Source: Flavobacteriales bacterium (lineage in GTDB: Bacteria; Bacteroidota; Bacteroidia; Flavobacteriales_F; PHOS-HE28). Taken from it: a stretch of 64,000 nucleotides of DNA. Of this stretch, positions 1 to 9,486 are shown in pieces. The notes under the pieces are model-generated. The model was not told the origin of the DNA. It saw nothing but the letters and a program-made list of their open reading frames with translations, and made no database searches. The number at the start of each line of letters is the position of its first letter. Position 1 is the first letter of the stretch. The DNA lies in assembly GCA_016719225.1 (NCBI GenBank), contig JADKAN010000004.1, positions 448,167 through 512,166 on the forward strand, given 5' to 3'. The position numbers were made by a program, and so were the translations under genes.

Positions 1-174
1 GCGCAGGCCGAGCTGATGTATCATCCTGCAGTGACCTTCGTACCTGAAGCGCCCCAAGTGGTGATGTCCTCTACGGGGATCCGCGTAAGGCTCCGGAACT
101 GGAAGCCAGTTGACGGTCTACTCGACCCTAAGGTGCTCGCCTACATCAGGCAGAACGGGCTTTACGCAGGTTGA
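1..174 (+). CDS. 3' end of an upstream gene running off the window edge (C-terminal ~57 aa, ...IRVRLRNWKPVDGLLDPKVLAYIRQNGLYAG*); function unknown
   Basis: In-frame translation from base 1 to the TGA at 172-174 has no stop and a protein-like composition. It is not in the ORF track because it lacks a start inside the window. Confidence 0.25.
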   Translation, partial: AQAELMYHPAVTFVPEAPQVVMSSTGIRVRLRNWKPVDGLLDPKVLAYIRQNGLYAG

Positions 175-244
175 TCCTAATTCCTCGTCGCCTGTTCCGC
201 CACGCGGTGGAGGAAGTCGGGATCAAGAATGAGGACCAGTAAAT

Positions 245-892
245 TTAAACGGGAAGGATCGCCAGCTCCGGAACGCCAGTGCGCTGCGCCAAGTGGTCAC
301 GGAGTACTCCCAGCGCCTTTTGGTACTGCAACTCATTCACCACGTGCAGGTCGCAAAGTGAGCGGTAAGGAAGCAGGTGATCCCGATAGGCCGGCATCAC
401 ATGGTTGTCCCACTGGTAGAGGATGTCCTCTACACTGTATCCCCTTTCTCGCTGGTCACGACCCAATCGCCGTTGCAGTTGCACGCTCTCGCTCGCGTCC
501 ACAAAAACCTTCAGGTCCAATTGCTCCCGGATCCCGGGATGGTGCAACAGGAATAAACCCTCCACAAGGATCACGCGGGCCGGACGGACCTCCATCCATC
601 GCTCTTCCTCGCCCTCTACGTTGAATGTGTATTCCTTGCGGTAGACCGCCTCACCAAGTGCCAGGCAACGCAGGTCGTCCGCCAACAGGTCCAGGTCAAG
701 TGCACCGGGCAGGTCGAAATTCACCTTCCCATTGGCGTCCTTCAACTGGTGCGCTATCGGCCTGTAATAATCGTCCTGGGACACGATCGTGACGCTATCA
801 GGAGGAAGCAGGTTGCGGAGCGCGCGAACGAGGGTTGTTTTCCCCGACCCACTGCCGCCCGCTACTCCGACCAAGTAGGTGCCCCGATGCAT
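245..892 (-). CDS. udk: uridine kinase
   Basis: P-loop GVAGGSGSGKTT near the N-terminus and a uridine/cytidine kinase-like body. The ORF track extends to 949, but the internal Met (MHRGTYLVGVAGG..., start at 892) fits the family N-terminus better. Confidence 0.8.
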   Translation of the reverse strand: MHRGTYLVGVAGGSGSGKTTLVRALRNLLPPDSVTIVSQDDYYRPIAHQLKDANGKVNFDLPGALDLDLLADDLRCLALGEAVYRKEYTFNVEGEEERWMEVRPARVILVEGLFLLHHPGIREQLDLKVFVDASESVQLQRRLGRDQRERGYSVEDILYQWDNHVMPAYRDHLLPYRSLCDLHVVNELQYQKALGVLRDHLAQRTGVPELAILPV

Positions 893-1273
893 CGGGTGCG
901 AATATAGGGGAATGGGGATGTTTGTTGCGAACAGCGGAAGGCCCATCACATTTGTCCCGGTAACGTAGGTGCTGGTGCCCCGCGTCGGGGAACGGCTTCC
1001 CCGGCGCGGTCATTCTCATGAAAAGCGAAGTTCTCTTATTTCAACTTTGGCACGCCGTTGGAAAAGGGGTTTACAGATCCAAACCAACCCACCATGAAAC
1101 TCGTTGACGCCCGAGCCAAAAAGTTGAATGAAACGGCCACCCGTATGATGATGGCCGGCAATGTGGACCGCTACCTCCACGCTCTGCGGCTTCTATTCAC
1201 CCTGCGCACTCGTTCGCTGCCTTCTGCCTGATCCGGCATTTGTCAGTGCCGGTTATGCGCGTCAGTCGCTCTT

Positions 1274-1507
1274 TTGAAAAAAATTTCGCTGCAATGGATC
1301 CTTTTCGGCGCGACCACCGTTGAAGTGACCATGACGAAGAAGGACAAGATAGCCTTCATCAAGAGCAGCAAACGCAAGTCGCATGTGTACAACGACCTGC
1401 TTCGTTATTCCGATCAACAGCTCAATGAGCTTATCCGGGAGATCGTGCAGGGGCTGGTAAGGGAAAGCGAGATCATCGCCAACGCTTATATAAATGGCTA
1501 CCGATGA
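1274..1507 (+). CDS. small hypothetical protein (77 aa; possibly starts at the internal MTKKDK)
   Basis: ORF in an otherwise empty intergenic region with a charged helical-looking sequence. No recognisable family. Confidence 0.3.
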   Translation: MKKISLQWILFGATTVEVTMTKKDKIAFIKSSKRKSHVYNDLLRYSDQQLNELIREIVQGLVRESEIIANAYINGYR

Positions 1508-1644
1508 ACACTGTGCTGCGTAAGCCCTCATGATCGGGCTTAAAACGGACAGGTGGCAAGGCCCCGGCGCATGCGTCGGGGCTTTCTCACGTTTACACAG
1601 GTTTGGCCCTGTTAATGAAAACCTCCGCTCGGAAATATGAGCCC

Positions 1645-3303
1645 TTATCGCTTCCCGCCCCGCATTGCCGGAGGTGGTGAACGTTTTATCGCGCCATTCT
1701 CATATTCAACCTTGGAGACCACTACGCCGGTCGCATCGTACATCGTCATCGTGCCGTCCAAGCGACCGGCCTTGTAATTCATCTCCTGCACTATGCGGCC
1801 CCTTCGGTCGTAAACAGTGCATTTACCATTCGGCTCCCCATTCACGAAGCCCTGTTCGCGCTGTTTTACCCCGGCATCGTCGTAGTAGATCCATGCCCCT
1901 GTAGGCGTATCGTTCGCGTACATCCCTTCACTGATCAATTGGCCCTTGTCGCTGTATTCCAACCAACGCCCGCTGCGCCGGCCGTCGGCGAAAAAGCCCT
2001 CTTCCTTCACCTTGCCGTTGTCGTACCAACTTTTCCAAGGACCGTTCTTCGCGTTGTCCTTCCAAGTGGCCATGTAGTTCTCCTTGCCGTTGGGGAGCCA
2101 ACCTTGCCATATGCCGTTCAACTGCCCTTGTTTGAAGGAGCCTTTATCCTTGGGTTGGCCGTTCTCGAACCAACTGTTCCATTGGCCCTCTTCCTTTCCA
2201 TTGGCATAAGTGCCTTCTTGAAGCTTTTGGCCGCCTTCGAACCAAGTGGTCCACAGACCGGTCTTTTCTCCCGCGGCAAATGTTCCCCTTTTCCAATTCT
2301 GCCCACCGTCGTAGTAGTATAGCCATTCCCCTTCCTGCTTTCCAGCACGGTAAAGACCCGTGGAACTGAGCTGGCCATTCGGGTACCAATATTTCCAAAG
2401 GCCGTCCTGCAGGTCTTCCTTGAAATTCCCGAGCATGTCCCGCTTTCCTTGCTGGGTATACCACGTCCATGTGCTGTCTTTCTTCCCTTCCCGGTACCAG
2501 CCCGTTACGTTATCCCCCCCGGTGGCGTACCAAGTGGTGAACGGGCCGTTCAATTTGCCCATGCTCCATGTTTCGGTCCGCTCCTTCGACCCTCCCGATG
2601 TGCGGTATTCCCATGTGCCATGCTGCACACCACCAAGCCATTGTCCTTTCGACTTTATGTTGCCGGCAGGCCAGAAGGCGCGTTGTTCACCGCTCCTTAC
2701 ACCCAAGTGATAGTGGCTCACATCCGCGGTGTCGCCAGTAGGGTAATACGTGTGAATGATGCCTTCGCCATTTATCAAGGTCTGGCTGCTATCGCGGTCC
2801 CAAGCATCAATGCTAAGGCACACGTCCTTGTCGCATTGTTCGGTCAGCATTTTTTGTCCGTCGGGGTAGAAGTATTTCCAAGGACCGCGCTTCGCGTCGG
2901 CCACGTAACCGCCGGACTCCATCAATTTCCCCGTGCGGTAGAAGCTCTGCATGGTGCTGTCCTGCTTGCCGTTACGGATCCATCCGTCGTGTTGCATCCG
3001 GCCATTATCGTAGTAGATCACCACGTGGCCATCCCGCTGGCCGCTTTTGAAATCGCTTTTCTCCGTGATCCGCCCTTGAGGATCCCAGAATTTCCATTCC
3101 CCCCATTCGCGCCCGTTCACCATCAAACCCTCGCTCTTCTTCACGGTTTTCAGGCTGTCCCAGTGATCCACGTAGGGCACCACCGTCTGCGCTGTGACCG
3201 GTACTAGAGCGCATAGTCCGATAGCCACGATGAACACCTGGAGGATGCGGTTTCGGATATGGGAACAGGGTCGAAAGCTCATGCGGTAAAAATAGTCCTG
3301 CAT
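1645..3303 (-). CDS. MORN-variant (MORN_2 / YwqK-like) repeat protein with N-terminal signal peptide
   Basis: More than 15 tandem ~23-aa repeats of the form G-x-W-x-x-(W/Y)-Y-x-N-G-Q-x-x-x-x-G-x-(Y/F). The ORF track extends to 3492. A signal-peptide-like start MQDYFYRMSFRPCSHIRNRILQVFIVAIGLCALVPVTAQ at 3303 (alt. 3279) is the likely true start and removes the overlap with the cytochrome gene. Confidence 0.7.
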   Translation of the reverse strand: MQDYFYRMSFRPCSHIRNRILQVFIVAIGLCALVPVTAQTVVPYVDHWDSLKTVKKSEGLMVNGREWGEWKFWDPQGRITEKSDFKSGQRDGHVVIYYDNGRMQHDGWIRNGKQDSTMQSFYRTGKLMESGGYVADAKRGPWKYFYPDGQKMLTEQCDKDVCLSIDAWDRDSSQTLINGEGIIHTYYPTGDTADVSHYHLGVRSGEQRAFWPAGNIKSKGQWLGGVQHGTWEYRTSGGSKERTETWSMGKLNGPFTTWYATGGDNVTGWYREGKKDSTWTWYTQQGKRDMLGNFKEDLQDGLWKYWYPNGQLSSTGLYRAGKQEGEWLYYYDGGQNWKRGTFAAGEKTGLWTTWFEGGQKLQEGTYANGKEEGQWNSWFENGQPKDKGSFKQGQLNGIWQGWLPNGKENYMATWKDNAKNGPWKSWYDNGKVKEEGFFADGRRSGRWLEYSDKGQLISEGMYANDTPTGAWIYYDDAGVKQREQGFVNGEPNGKCTVYDRRGRIVQEMNYKAGRLDGTMTMYDATGVVVSKVEYENGAIKRSPPPAMRGGKR

Positions 3304-3397
3304 ATTGTGCAACCTTGACCAAGAACGCGGATCCATTAACCAAGGTGTGCACACTGTTGTGGAATTCCCATGGCAGGCTCCATAACTTGGCCTCCCC

Positions 3398-5347
3398 ATG
3401 GCGCTGCGCCCCTCTGTTCCGAAGACTGTTCGAGTGGCCGCTTTGCTCGGTGGTCTGGTCTTGCTGTTGGCCGCTTGGACCACCGTGACCACACCGGTGA
3501 AGGGACCTCATAGCCCGCTGGAACTGGCCATGATGCGTGGGCAGATCGAAGGTTTGGATGTGCAGTTCGGCACCTACTTCGTGACCGCTGGACGGTGTGC
3601 AGGTTGCCACGGGCACGATTCCACAGGCTTTGCCATGACTACAGAAGAAGGAAGCGACGTGAACGTGGCGGACGATTGGCGCAGTAGCATGATGGGCAAC
3701 AGCGGGCGGGATCCATTCTTCGAGGCGAAGGTGGAACATGAGGGGCTCGTGAACCCGGTACATAAGGACGAGATAGAACATGGTTGCCTGAAGTGCCATG
3801 CGCCCATGGCCGTGTATGAGCAGAAAATGCTGGGTGGTCCGCAGTTCACCATGGCCAACTATGACACAAGCGTATTTGCGCACGACGGCGTTTCGTGCCT
3901 TGCCTGCCACATGCAGGACCCGGATTCCGCTGGCCGCTTTTTTTCCGGTGAGCTCCACTTCGACAGCGCGCGGGTCTGGGGGCCGTATACACAGGCACAG
4001 ATCAACCCGTCCATCATGGAGTTCTTCGTTGGTTACACCCCGGACCAAGGAGCGCACATCCTGGACGGTCGCGTATGCGCTGGTTGCCACACTCTGATCA
4101 CGGAGACCGCTGACCTCGATGGCAATTTCACGGGTGGGAAATTCACCGAGCAGGCCATGTGGCAGGAGTACAAGAACTCCGTGTATTTCGGGACGGATCA
4201 GAACTGTCGTAGTTGCCACTTACCCCGCATACAGGATTCAGTGGTGTTGGCATCAGGCTACATCTTCCTGAACGGCCAATCGCCCTTTGGCAAACATCAC
4301 TTGGCGGGCGGCAACACCTTCATGCTCAAGTTGCTGAAAGAGCATGCGAGTGGCTTGGGGATACCGGCTACCGCCACACAGTTCGATAGCACGATCGCGC
4401 GCAGCCAAGCGCAACTGCGCCGCGCCGTGCAGTTGGTGGCCACCGTGCCCCAGCGCACAGCTGACACCCTCTTCGTCGAAGTGGCGCTAACGAACCTCAT
4501 CGGCCACAAATTCCCCAGTGGTTATCCCAGTAGGAGGGCCTTTGTGCAAGTGATCGCCGTGAAGGACAATGGCGATACCCTTTTTCAAAGCGGCCGATGG
4601 GACAGCACATACGAGCTCTATGGGCACGATGCCGGTTACGAGCCACACCACGATCTCATTACCCAGGACGATCAGGTCCAGATCTACGAAATGGTGATGG
4701 GGGACGTGAACGGCAACGTCACGACCACATTGCACCGTGCGTCTTTCCCGCTGAAGGACAACCGCCTTGTTCCCATCGGCTTCAGCACCTCGCATCCCAG
4801 CTACGATACCACACTGATCGCTGGTCTGGCACTGACCGATCCCGATTTCAACCACGATGCTGGTGGCGTGGAAGGCAACGGCGGCGACATTGTGCACTAC
4901 CATATCCCGACCGATGGCTACACCGGGTCGCTGCAGGTGAAGACAAAGGTGTACTACCAACCTGTGCCGCCGCTATGGAACCAGGAAATGTTCAGTTTTC
5001 ACGGACCTCGCATCGACAGCTTCCGGACCAAGTATGAGAACGCGGATGGCACCCCCGAACTGGTGGCCGCGGATTCGCTTATGGATGTGGGGTTGGGGGT
5101 GAATTCAGTGCAACAGGCCCTACCTCAGTTCTTCCCGAACCCGACCCGGGACGGAACAGTGATGATCATGCTTCCGGAGGCGTCCAAGATCACTGCGTAT
5201 GATGCTTCAGGTAAACGAGTGCCGCTGGGCGCAACGCGCAGCAGCAAGGGTTGGCGCTGCACGCTTCCGTATGAAGCAGGGATCTATCACTTGGTGATCA
5301 CAACACCGCAAGGTGATCGCTTGTTGCGGGTACTACGTGCGGAATGA
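3398..5347 (+). CDS. secreted pentaheme c-type cytochrome with T9SS type-A C-terminal sorting domain
   Basis: Signal peptide (VAALLGGLVLLLAAW) and five CxxCH motifs (CAGCH, CLKCH, CLACH, CAGCH, CRSCH). The C-terminal ~80 aa has a Por-secretion-tail-like pattern (..GIYHLVITTPQGDRLLRVLRAE). Confidence 0.75.
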   Translation: MALRPSVPKTVRVAALLGGLVLLLAAWTTVTTPVKGPHSPLELAMMRGQIEGLDVQFGTYFVTAGRCAGCHGHDSTGFAMTTEEGSDVNVADDWRSSMMGNSGRDPFFEAKVEHEGLVNPVHKDEIEHGCLKCHAPMAVYEQKMLGGPQFTMANYDTSVFAHDGVSCLACHMQDPDSAGRFFSGELHFDSARVWGPYTQAQINPSIMEFFVGYTPDQGAHILDGRVCAGCHTLITETADLDGNFTGGKFTEQAMWQEYKNSVYFGTDQNCRSCHLPRIQDSVVLASGYIFLNGQSPFGKHHLAGGNTFMLKLLKEHASGLGIPATATQFDSTIARSQAQLRRAVQLVATVPQRTADTLFVEVALTNLIGHKFPSGYPSRRAFVQVIAVKDNGDTLFQSGRWDSTYELYGHDAGYEPHHDLITQDDQVQIYEMVMGDVNGNVTTTLHRASFPLKDNRLVPIGFSTSHPSYDTTLIAGLALTDPDFNHDAGGVEGNGGDIVHYHIPTDGYTGSLQVKTKVYYQPVPPLWNQEMFSFHGPRIDSFRTKYENADGTPELVAADSLMDVGLGVNSVQQALPQFFPNPTRDGTVMIMLPEASKITAYDASGKRVPLGATRSSKGWRCTLPYEAGIYHLVITTPQGDRLLRVLRAE

Positions 5348-6156
5348 TCTCGGAGCTCACTCTTGCTTCCATCCAAGTTTACCCGGTGAAATCGCTTGGC
5401 GGCTTTGCCGTCCCGCAAGTACGCTTGACGGATCGTGGCTTGGAACACGATCGCCGCTGGATGTTGTTGGACCCGGACGGACGTTTCGTTTCACAACGCG
5501 AATGCCCTATCATGGCGTGCTTGCATTGTTCTCCTCAAGAGAACGGATTCCGTGTTACGGATCTGCGGAGCGGGAACTCGATCGATGTGCCATGGCAGTT
5601 GAGCGTCGGCGAACCTATACAGGCAACGGTCTGGGACGATGCTGTGGAACTCATGCAGGGCGCGGAGCACATGCATACATGGTTCCGTGAAGTGCTGCAA
5701 CGCCCTGTGCGACTTGCTTACATGCCGGAAAGCACGATCCGCCTCACGGACCCTCGTTATGCGAATGTCCCCGTTGCGCTGAATGACGGTTATCCATCCC
5801 TCATCATTTCACAAGCTTCATTGGACGACCTCAATGCTAAGCTGAGAACACCGGTGTCCATGGACCGCTTCCGTCCCAATTTTGTCATCTCCGGAGGTGT
5901 GCCATTCCAAGAGGATCATTGGAAGTCGGTCACGATCGGTGAAGTGCGGTTCAGCATCGTGAAACCCTGTGCGCGTTGCGTCATCATCACCACGGACCAA
6001 CGAACGGGCTCGCGTGCGCAAGAGCCCATGCGGACCTTGGCCAACTATCGCGCGGTGGGGAACAAGGTGGCCTTTGGCATGAACGCGACATATGTAGGGC
6101 AAGGATCGGTGCAGGTCGGGGATATTGTATTTCCTAATGATGATGGTGAGCGATGA
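5344..6156 (+). CDS. MOSC domain-containing protein (MOSC_N beta-barrel + MOSC; YcbX/mARC-like, no ferredoxin domain)
   Basis: N-terminal IQVYPVKSLGG motif typical of MOSC_N. A conserved Cys sits in KPCARCVIITTDQ. The ATG overlaps the stop of the upstream cytochrome gene (ATGA). Confidence 0.75.
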   Translation: MISELTLASIQVYPVKSLGGFAVPQVRLTDRGLEHDRRWMLLDPDGRFVSQRECPIMACLHCSPQENGFRVTDLRSGNSIDVPWQLSVGEPIQATVWDDAVELMQGAEHMHTWFREVLQRPVRLAYMPESTIRLTDPRYANVPVALNDGYPSLIISQASLDDLNAKLRTPVSMDRFRPNFVISGGVPFQEDHWKSVTIGEVRFSIVKPCARCVIITTDQRTGSRAQEPMRTLANYRAVGNKVAFGMNATYVGQGSVQVGDIVFPNDDGER

Positions 6157-6283
6157 TCACTGATCGTGAACGGAAAACGGAGCTATTGGATGTCATTGGT
6201 CTGCACCTCGAATAACGCCCTTTGATCTGATTGAACGACTCTCTTACTTTCCCTCCCAGCAACTCCTGCCGTAACAGAAACGA

Positions 6284-7072
6284 ATGATCCACGCTATTCT
6301 CGGTGACAAGGCAACCCGCCTTTACATCATCCTCGGATCCTTTTTTGTGGCCAGCGCGATCGTTGCCGAAATGATCGGCGTGAAGCTCTTCCAGCTGGAG
6401 ACCGCGCTTCACTTGGAGAAGGCGGACTTTACGCTGCTGGGCCAGCATCACCTTTCATTCGTGTTAAGCGTGGGCGTACTTCCGTGGCCGATCATTTTCA
6501 TCATGACGGATGTGATCAACGACTATTTCGGGGTGCGCGGCGTGCGGTTCCTCACCTTCATCACGACCGGGCTTATCGCGTTCACCTACGTTGTGATGTG
6601 GTTGGCCATACACATGCCTCCCGACCTCGGTTGGTGGACGACGAGCAGTGCGCGCCAAGGGGTGCCGGATATGCAGGCGGCGTTCACGAGCATTTTCGGT
6701 CAAGGGAACAACATCATCATCGGTTCCCTAACGGCTTTCATCATCGGGCAGTTCGTGGATGCGAATACGTTCCGCAGGTTGAAGCGCATCACGGGGGACA
6801 AGCGCATTTGGCTGCGCGCCACGGGCAGCACGCTCATCAGTCAGCTCATTGACAGCGTAGTGGTGACCTATGTGGCGTTCTGGATGTTTAAGGGGATGCC
6901 GTTCGCGCAATGCACGGCATTGGTGATCACTGCCTATTGCTATAAGTTCATTGTGGCCTTGCTCTCCACGCCCGTGATCTACTTGGTGCATGCCGGAGTA
7001 GAGCGCTATGTGGGCAAAGAGCGGGCACACGCGATGCGGGAAGCCGCCATGGTACTGAAGGCGGATCAATGA
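6284..7072 (+). CDS. yhhQ: queuosine-precursor (preQ0/preQ1) transporter, YhhQ/DUF165 family
   Basis: Polytopic membrane protein. The segment RRLKRITGDKRIWLRATGSTLISQLIDSVVVTYVAFW...AYCYKFIVALLSTP closely parallels E. coli YhhQ NRLRQSRRWWLAPTASTLFGNVSDTLAFFFIAFW...DYCFKVLISIV. Confidence 0.65.
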   Translation: MIHAILGDKATRLYIILGSFFVASAIVAEMIGVKLFQLETALHLEKADFTLLGQHHLSFVLSVGVLPWPIIFIMTDVINDYFGVRGVRFLTFITTGLIAFTYVVMWLAIHMPPDLGWWTTSSARQGVPDMQAAFTSIFGQGNNIIIGSLTAFIIGQFVDANTFRRLKRITGDKRIWLRATGSTLISQLIDSVVVTYVAFWMFKGMPFAQCTALVITAYCYKFIVALLSTPVIYLVHAGVERYVGKERAHAMREAAMVLKADQ

Positions 7073-7184
7073 TCGGAAGAGGTTGGTCATCTCTTCCCGT
7101 CCGCTCTCTATCGGACCTCCAGAGCCTCATCGCTGAAAGTCCGATGAAGGCATTGGAGGAAACGTTCTTTGTGCTCTCTGCGTC

Positions 7185-7373
7185 ATGGCGGTAGAAAACA
7201 CGACGATGCCCAAGAAACGCATCACTAAGAAGCAGCTTTTGCAGATCGAATCGGCTGCCGTGCGCGGTGAGCGCAAGGAGCAAGGTGCGCTGGACGGTCG
7301 CTTCCGTGAAAAGGTTGAAAAGAGCAAGAAGGCCTATTCCCGTAAAACCAAACACAACAAGCCAGAGCCGTGA
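7185..7373 (+). CDS. small Lys/Arg-rich hypothetical protein (62 aa)
   Basis: Isolated ORF between yhhQ and the convergent hydrolase gene with a highly basic composition. No family recognised, and it could be non-coding. Confidence 0.2.
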   Translation: MAVENTTMPKKRITKKQLLQIESAAVRGERKEQGALDGRFREKVEKSKKAYSRKTKHNKPEP

Positions 7374-7393
7374 GGCTGCGGCTTGCGATCTGC

Positions 7394-8539
7394 TTATGGA
7401 ACGGCAGGCACACGCAGTACGTCCACGCGGTCTTTATGCTGCACGCGGACCAAGTAAACGGCCGTGTTGCCAGGCACCTTCACATATAGTTGTTCCGCAT
7501 TGCCAAGCTCCCGTGCAACGATTTTCCCGGTCATGTCGAAAACCTCCACGACATCACCGGGTAAGGATGCGGAAACGATGATCATTCCAGTGGCGTTGGA
7601 CCAATAGGCTCGGACAACGCTTGTGTCATATACCGACCCCACATTGGTGGCCAAGCACGCGAACGAGGAGGAGAACCTGCTGCTCGAGTCCAGTGTATCC
7701 GCAAATGCGGTAAGGGCGGCGTCGGAACCGCGTAAAAAATGGTCCAGCCACAGGTCCGTTACGTCCAGAACAGCACTGTGTTGTTCAGCACGGGTGATCG
7801 TGAAGTTGCCTGCACATGTAGCCTCTCCGATCGAACAGGTGAAGTTCCCGTCAGCGAAATAACAATGCCCGCCACCCAAGATGTTGACGAAGGCTTTACA
7901 CGCAGCGCTGTTCGCATCATAGATCGGTTGTGCGTGCTGCGCGATAGGTGTTACGCAGTCCTCACTGGCGGCAAGCACCAAGGTCGGTGCGGTTATCAAA
8001 GCGGATGCTGCGATCGCGCTGGGCACGGTCTCGGCCGGCGCCATCAGCACCACAGCGTTTATCCCGGTGTTGTTCGCCGCTCCAAGGACAGCGGCACCAC
8101 CTCCCATGGAATGGCCCATCAAGGCTGAAGAGGGGTCCACATGGCCGAAAAAGGGAGATCCGGCATCACTATCAAGTGCCTGTATTGCCGAGGCCACGAA
8201 CGCCAGATCCTGGCCGAATTCCTCATGGACCGGCGCAAATCCGCCCTCCGTACCGGGGATCAATACGATGTAACCGGCCGCCGCATAGTGTTCTCCCAAG
8301 TAGCCATACGGTCCAACGGGTATGAGGAAACCGTGGCCGATGACGATGGAAGGAAATGAGCCGTCAGCAACCGGCATATCGGCGCCAGCCACTGTCGCTG
8401 GATAGAATACTGAACAGGTGATGTTCCGGTCCCGCAGAACATCCTGAAAAGTGAGAGACCGCGTCCCTATCGCGTATGGCTGTGCAACGGCAGCGCCAAT
8501 AAAAAATAGGGTGGCTATGAGTAAGGTTGTATTCCGCAT
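7394..8539 (-). CDS. PETase/cutinase-like alpha/beta hydrolase (dienelactone-hydrolase fold polyesterase) with T9SS C-terminal sorting domain
   Basis: Signal peptide [20 protein letters not shown]. Segment-by-segment resemblance to Ideonella PETase: [27 protein letters not shown] vs [43 protein letters not shown]...QPIYD vs PTLIFACENDSIAPV...LPIYD; GGGHCYF vs [15 protein letters not shown] vs RYSTFAC. T9SS tail ...[22 protein letters not shown]. The ORF track start is 8551; the signal-peptide Met is at 8539. Confidence 0.8.
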   Translation of the reverse strand: [381 protein letters not shown]

Positions 8540-8547
8540 GGTGCAGA

Positions 8548-9486
8548 TCAATTATCAGTTTGTATGCTGCGTCCACCGAGCAATGCCTTCAGCATCGCAG
8601 GTATATTGGGATATACATGGATACGTTCGGGCAAACTGGGTTCGGGTACCACCTGTAAGACGGGTCCGCAGAAATGGAAGTTTACGCGGGCATCCGGGAT
8701 GAGGGTCTCGATCTTTGTCAAATAGGCCGGCTCATTGCCAGGCCTGGGGAAAACGGTGAGGATCGCGCAAATGTCCATGGGTCCGGGCCAATGGCCGACG
8801 ACGTCACGCAGGTCCTCTAACGGGACGCTTTCGCCCAGATAAATGCTTCGTCTTCCTTCGTTCCGTAACCTGTATTGCAAGTAAAGCAGACCCAGTTCAT
8901 GGATCTCGTGTTCGGGCAGATAAAGTGCGACCAAGGAAGTACCCTCCCCCCGGGCCAAGGGCAGCACATCAATAGCGCTCACTATTTTCTGCCGGATAAG
9001 GTTGCTGCAGAAATGCTCTTGCGCCGGGCAGATCACATCCGATTGCCAAAGCAGCCCGATCATGGTCAATAAGGGAAGGTAGAGTTGCTCGACCAAGGCT
9101 TCGAATCCATGATCGGAACGGTAGTTACGCGACGTCCGTTCGAACAACTCCTCATCGTAGCCCACCATGGCCAGTTTCAGGGCGTTCAAGGCTTCGTCGT
9201 TCCCCCATTTGGCACGGATACCTGAACGGATCCGCTCATCGCGTTCTTTTCCCGAAAGTGCAGCGATACTGGAGATCGACATCCCGTCCTTCAGCAGCAA
9301 CGAGGTGTTCAGCAAGGTGCGGAGGTCGTCCGCACCATAGGACCTGATGTTGGTATCGCTGCGTGCGGGCTCAAGCAATTTGTAGCGTCTTTCCCAAGCT
9401 CGGATGGTATGGGCTTTGATCCCGGAAAAAAGTTCCAGGTCTTTAATGCTGTATCGCTCAGGAAAGAAAGCGGTGCTGGATGCCAT
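8548..9486 (-). CDS. MerR-family transcriptional regulator with C-terminal cobalamin (B12)-binding domain (CarH/LitR-like)
   Basis: N-terminal MerR HTH (YSIKDLELFSGIKAHTIRAWERRYKLL). C-terminal Rossmann-like domain carries the ExHxxG B12 motif (LPEHEIHELGLLYL), comparable to Thermus CarH VPGERHEIGAML. The ORF track start is 9531; 9486 (MASSTAFFPERYSIKD) is an alternative. Confidence 0.65.
   Translation of the reverse strand: MASSTAFFPERYSIKDLELFSGIKAHTIRAWERRYKLLEPARSDTNIRSYGADDLRTLLNTSLLLKDGMSISSIAALSGKERDERIRSGIRAKWGNDEALNALKLAMVGYDEELFERTSRNYRSDHGFEALVEQLYLPLLTMIGLLWQSDVICPAQEHFCSNLIRQKIVSAIDVLPLARGEGTSLVALYLPEHEIHELGLLYLQYRLRNEGRRSIYLGESVPLEDLRDVVGHWPGPMDICAILTVFPRPGNEPAYLTKIETLIPDARVNFHFCGPVLQVVPEPSLPERIHVYPNIPAMLKALLGGRSIQTDN

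Noticed and set aside
229-624. 131-aa plus-strand ORF overlapping udk
   Set aside because: It is antisense to the uridine kinase gene, Pro/Arg/Gly-rich, and has no start context. It is a frame artefact.
1094-1232. 46-aa ORF (MKLVDARAKKLNETATRMMMAGNVDRYLHALRLLF...) in the udk upstream region
   Set aside because: It is too short, and no RBS or conservation could be assessed. It may be real but is unsupported.
6157-6283. preQ1 riboswitch upstream of yhhQ
   Set aside because: No hairpin followed by an A-rich tail matching preQ1-I/II consensus was visible. This cannot be excluded without a covariance-model scan.
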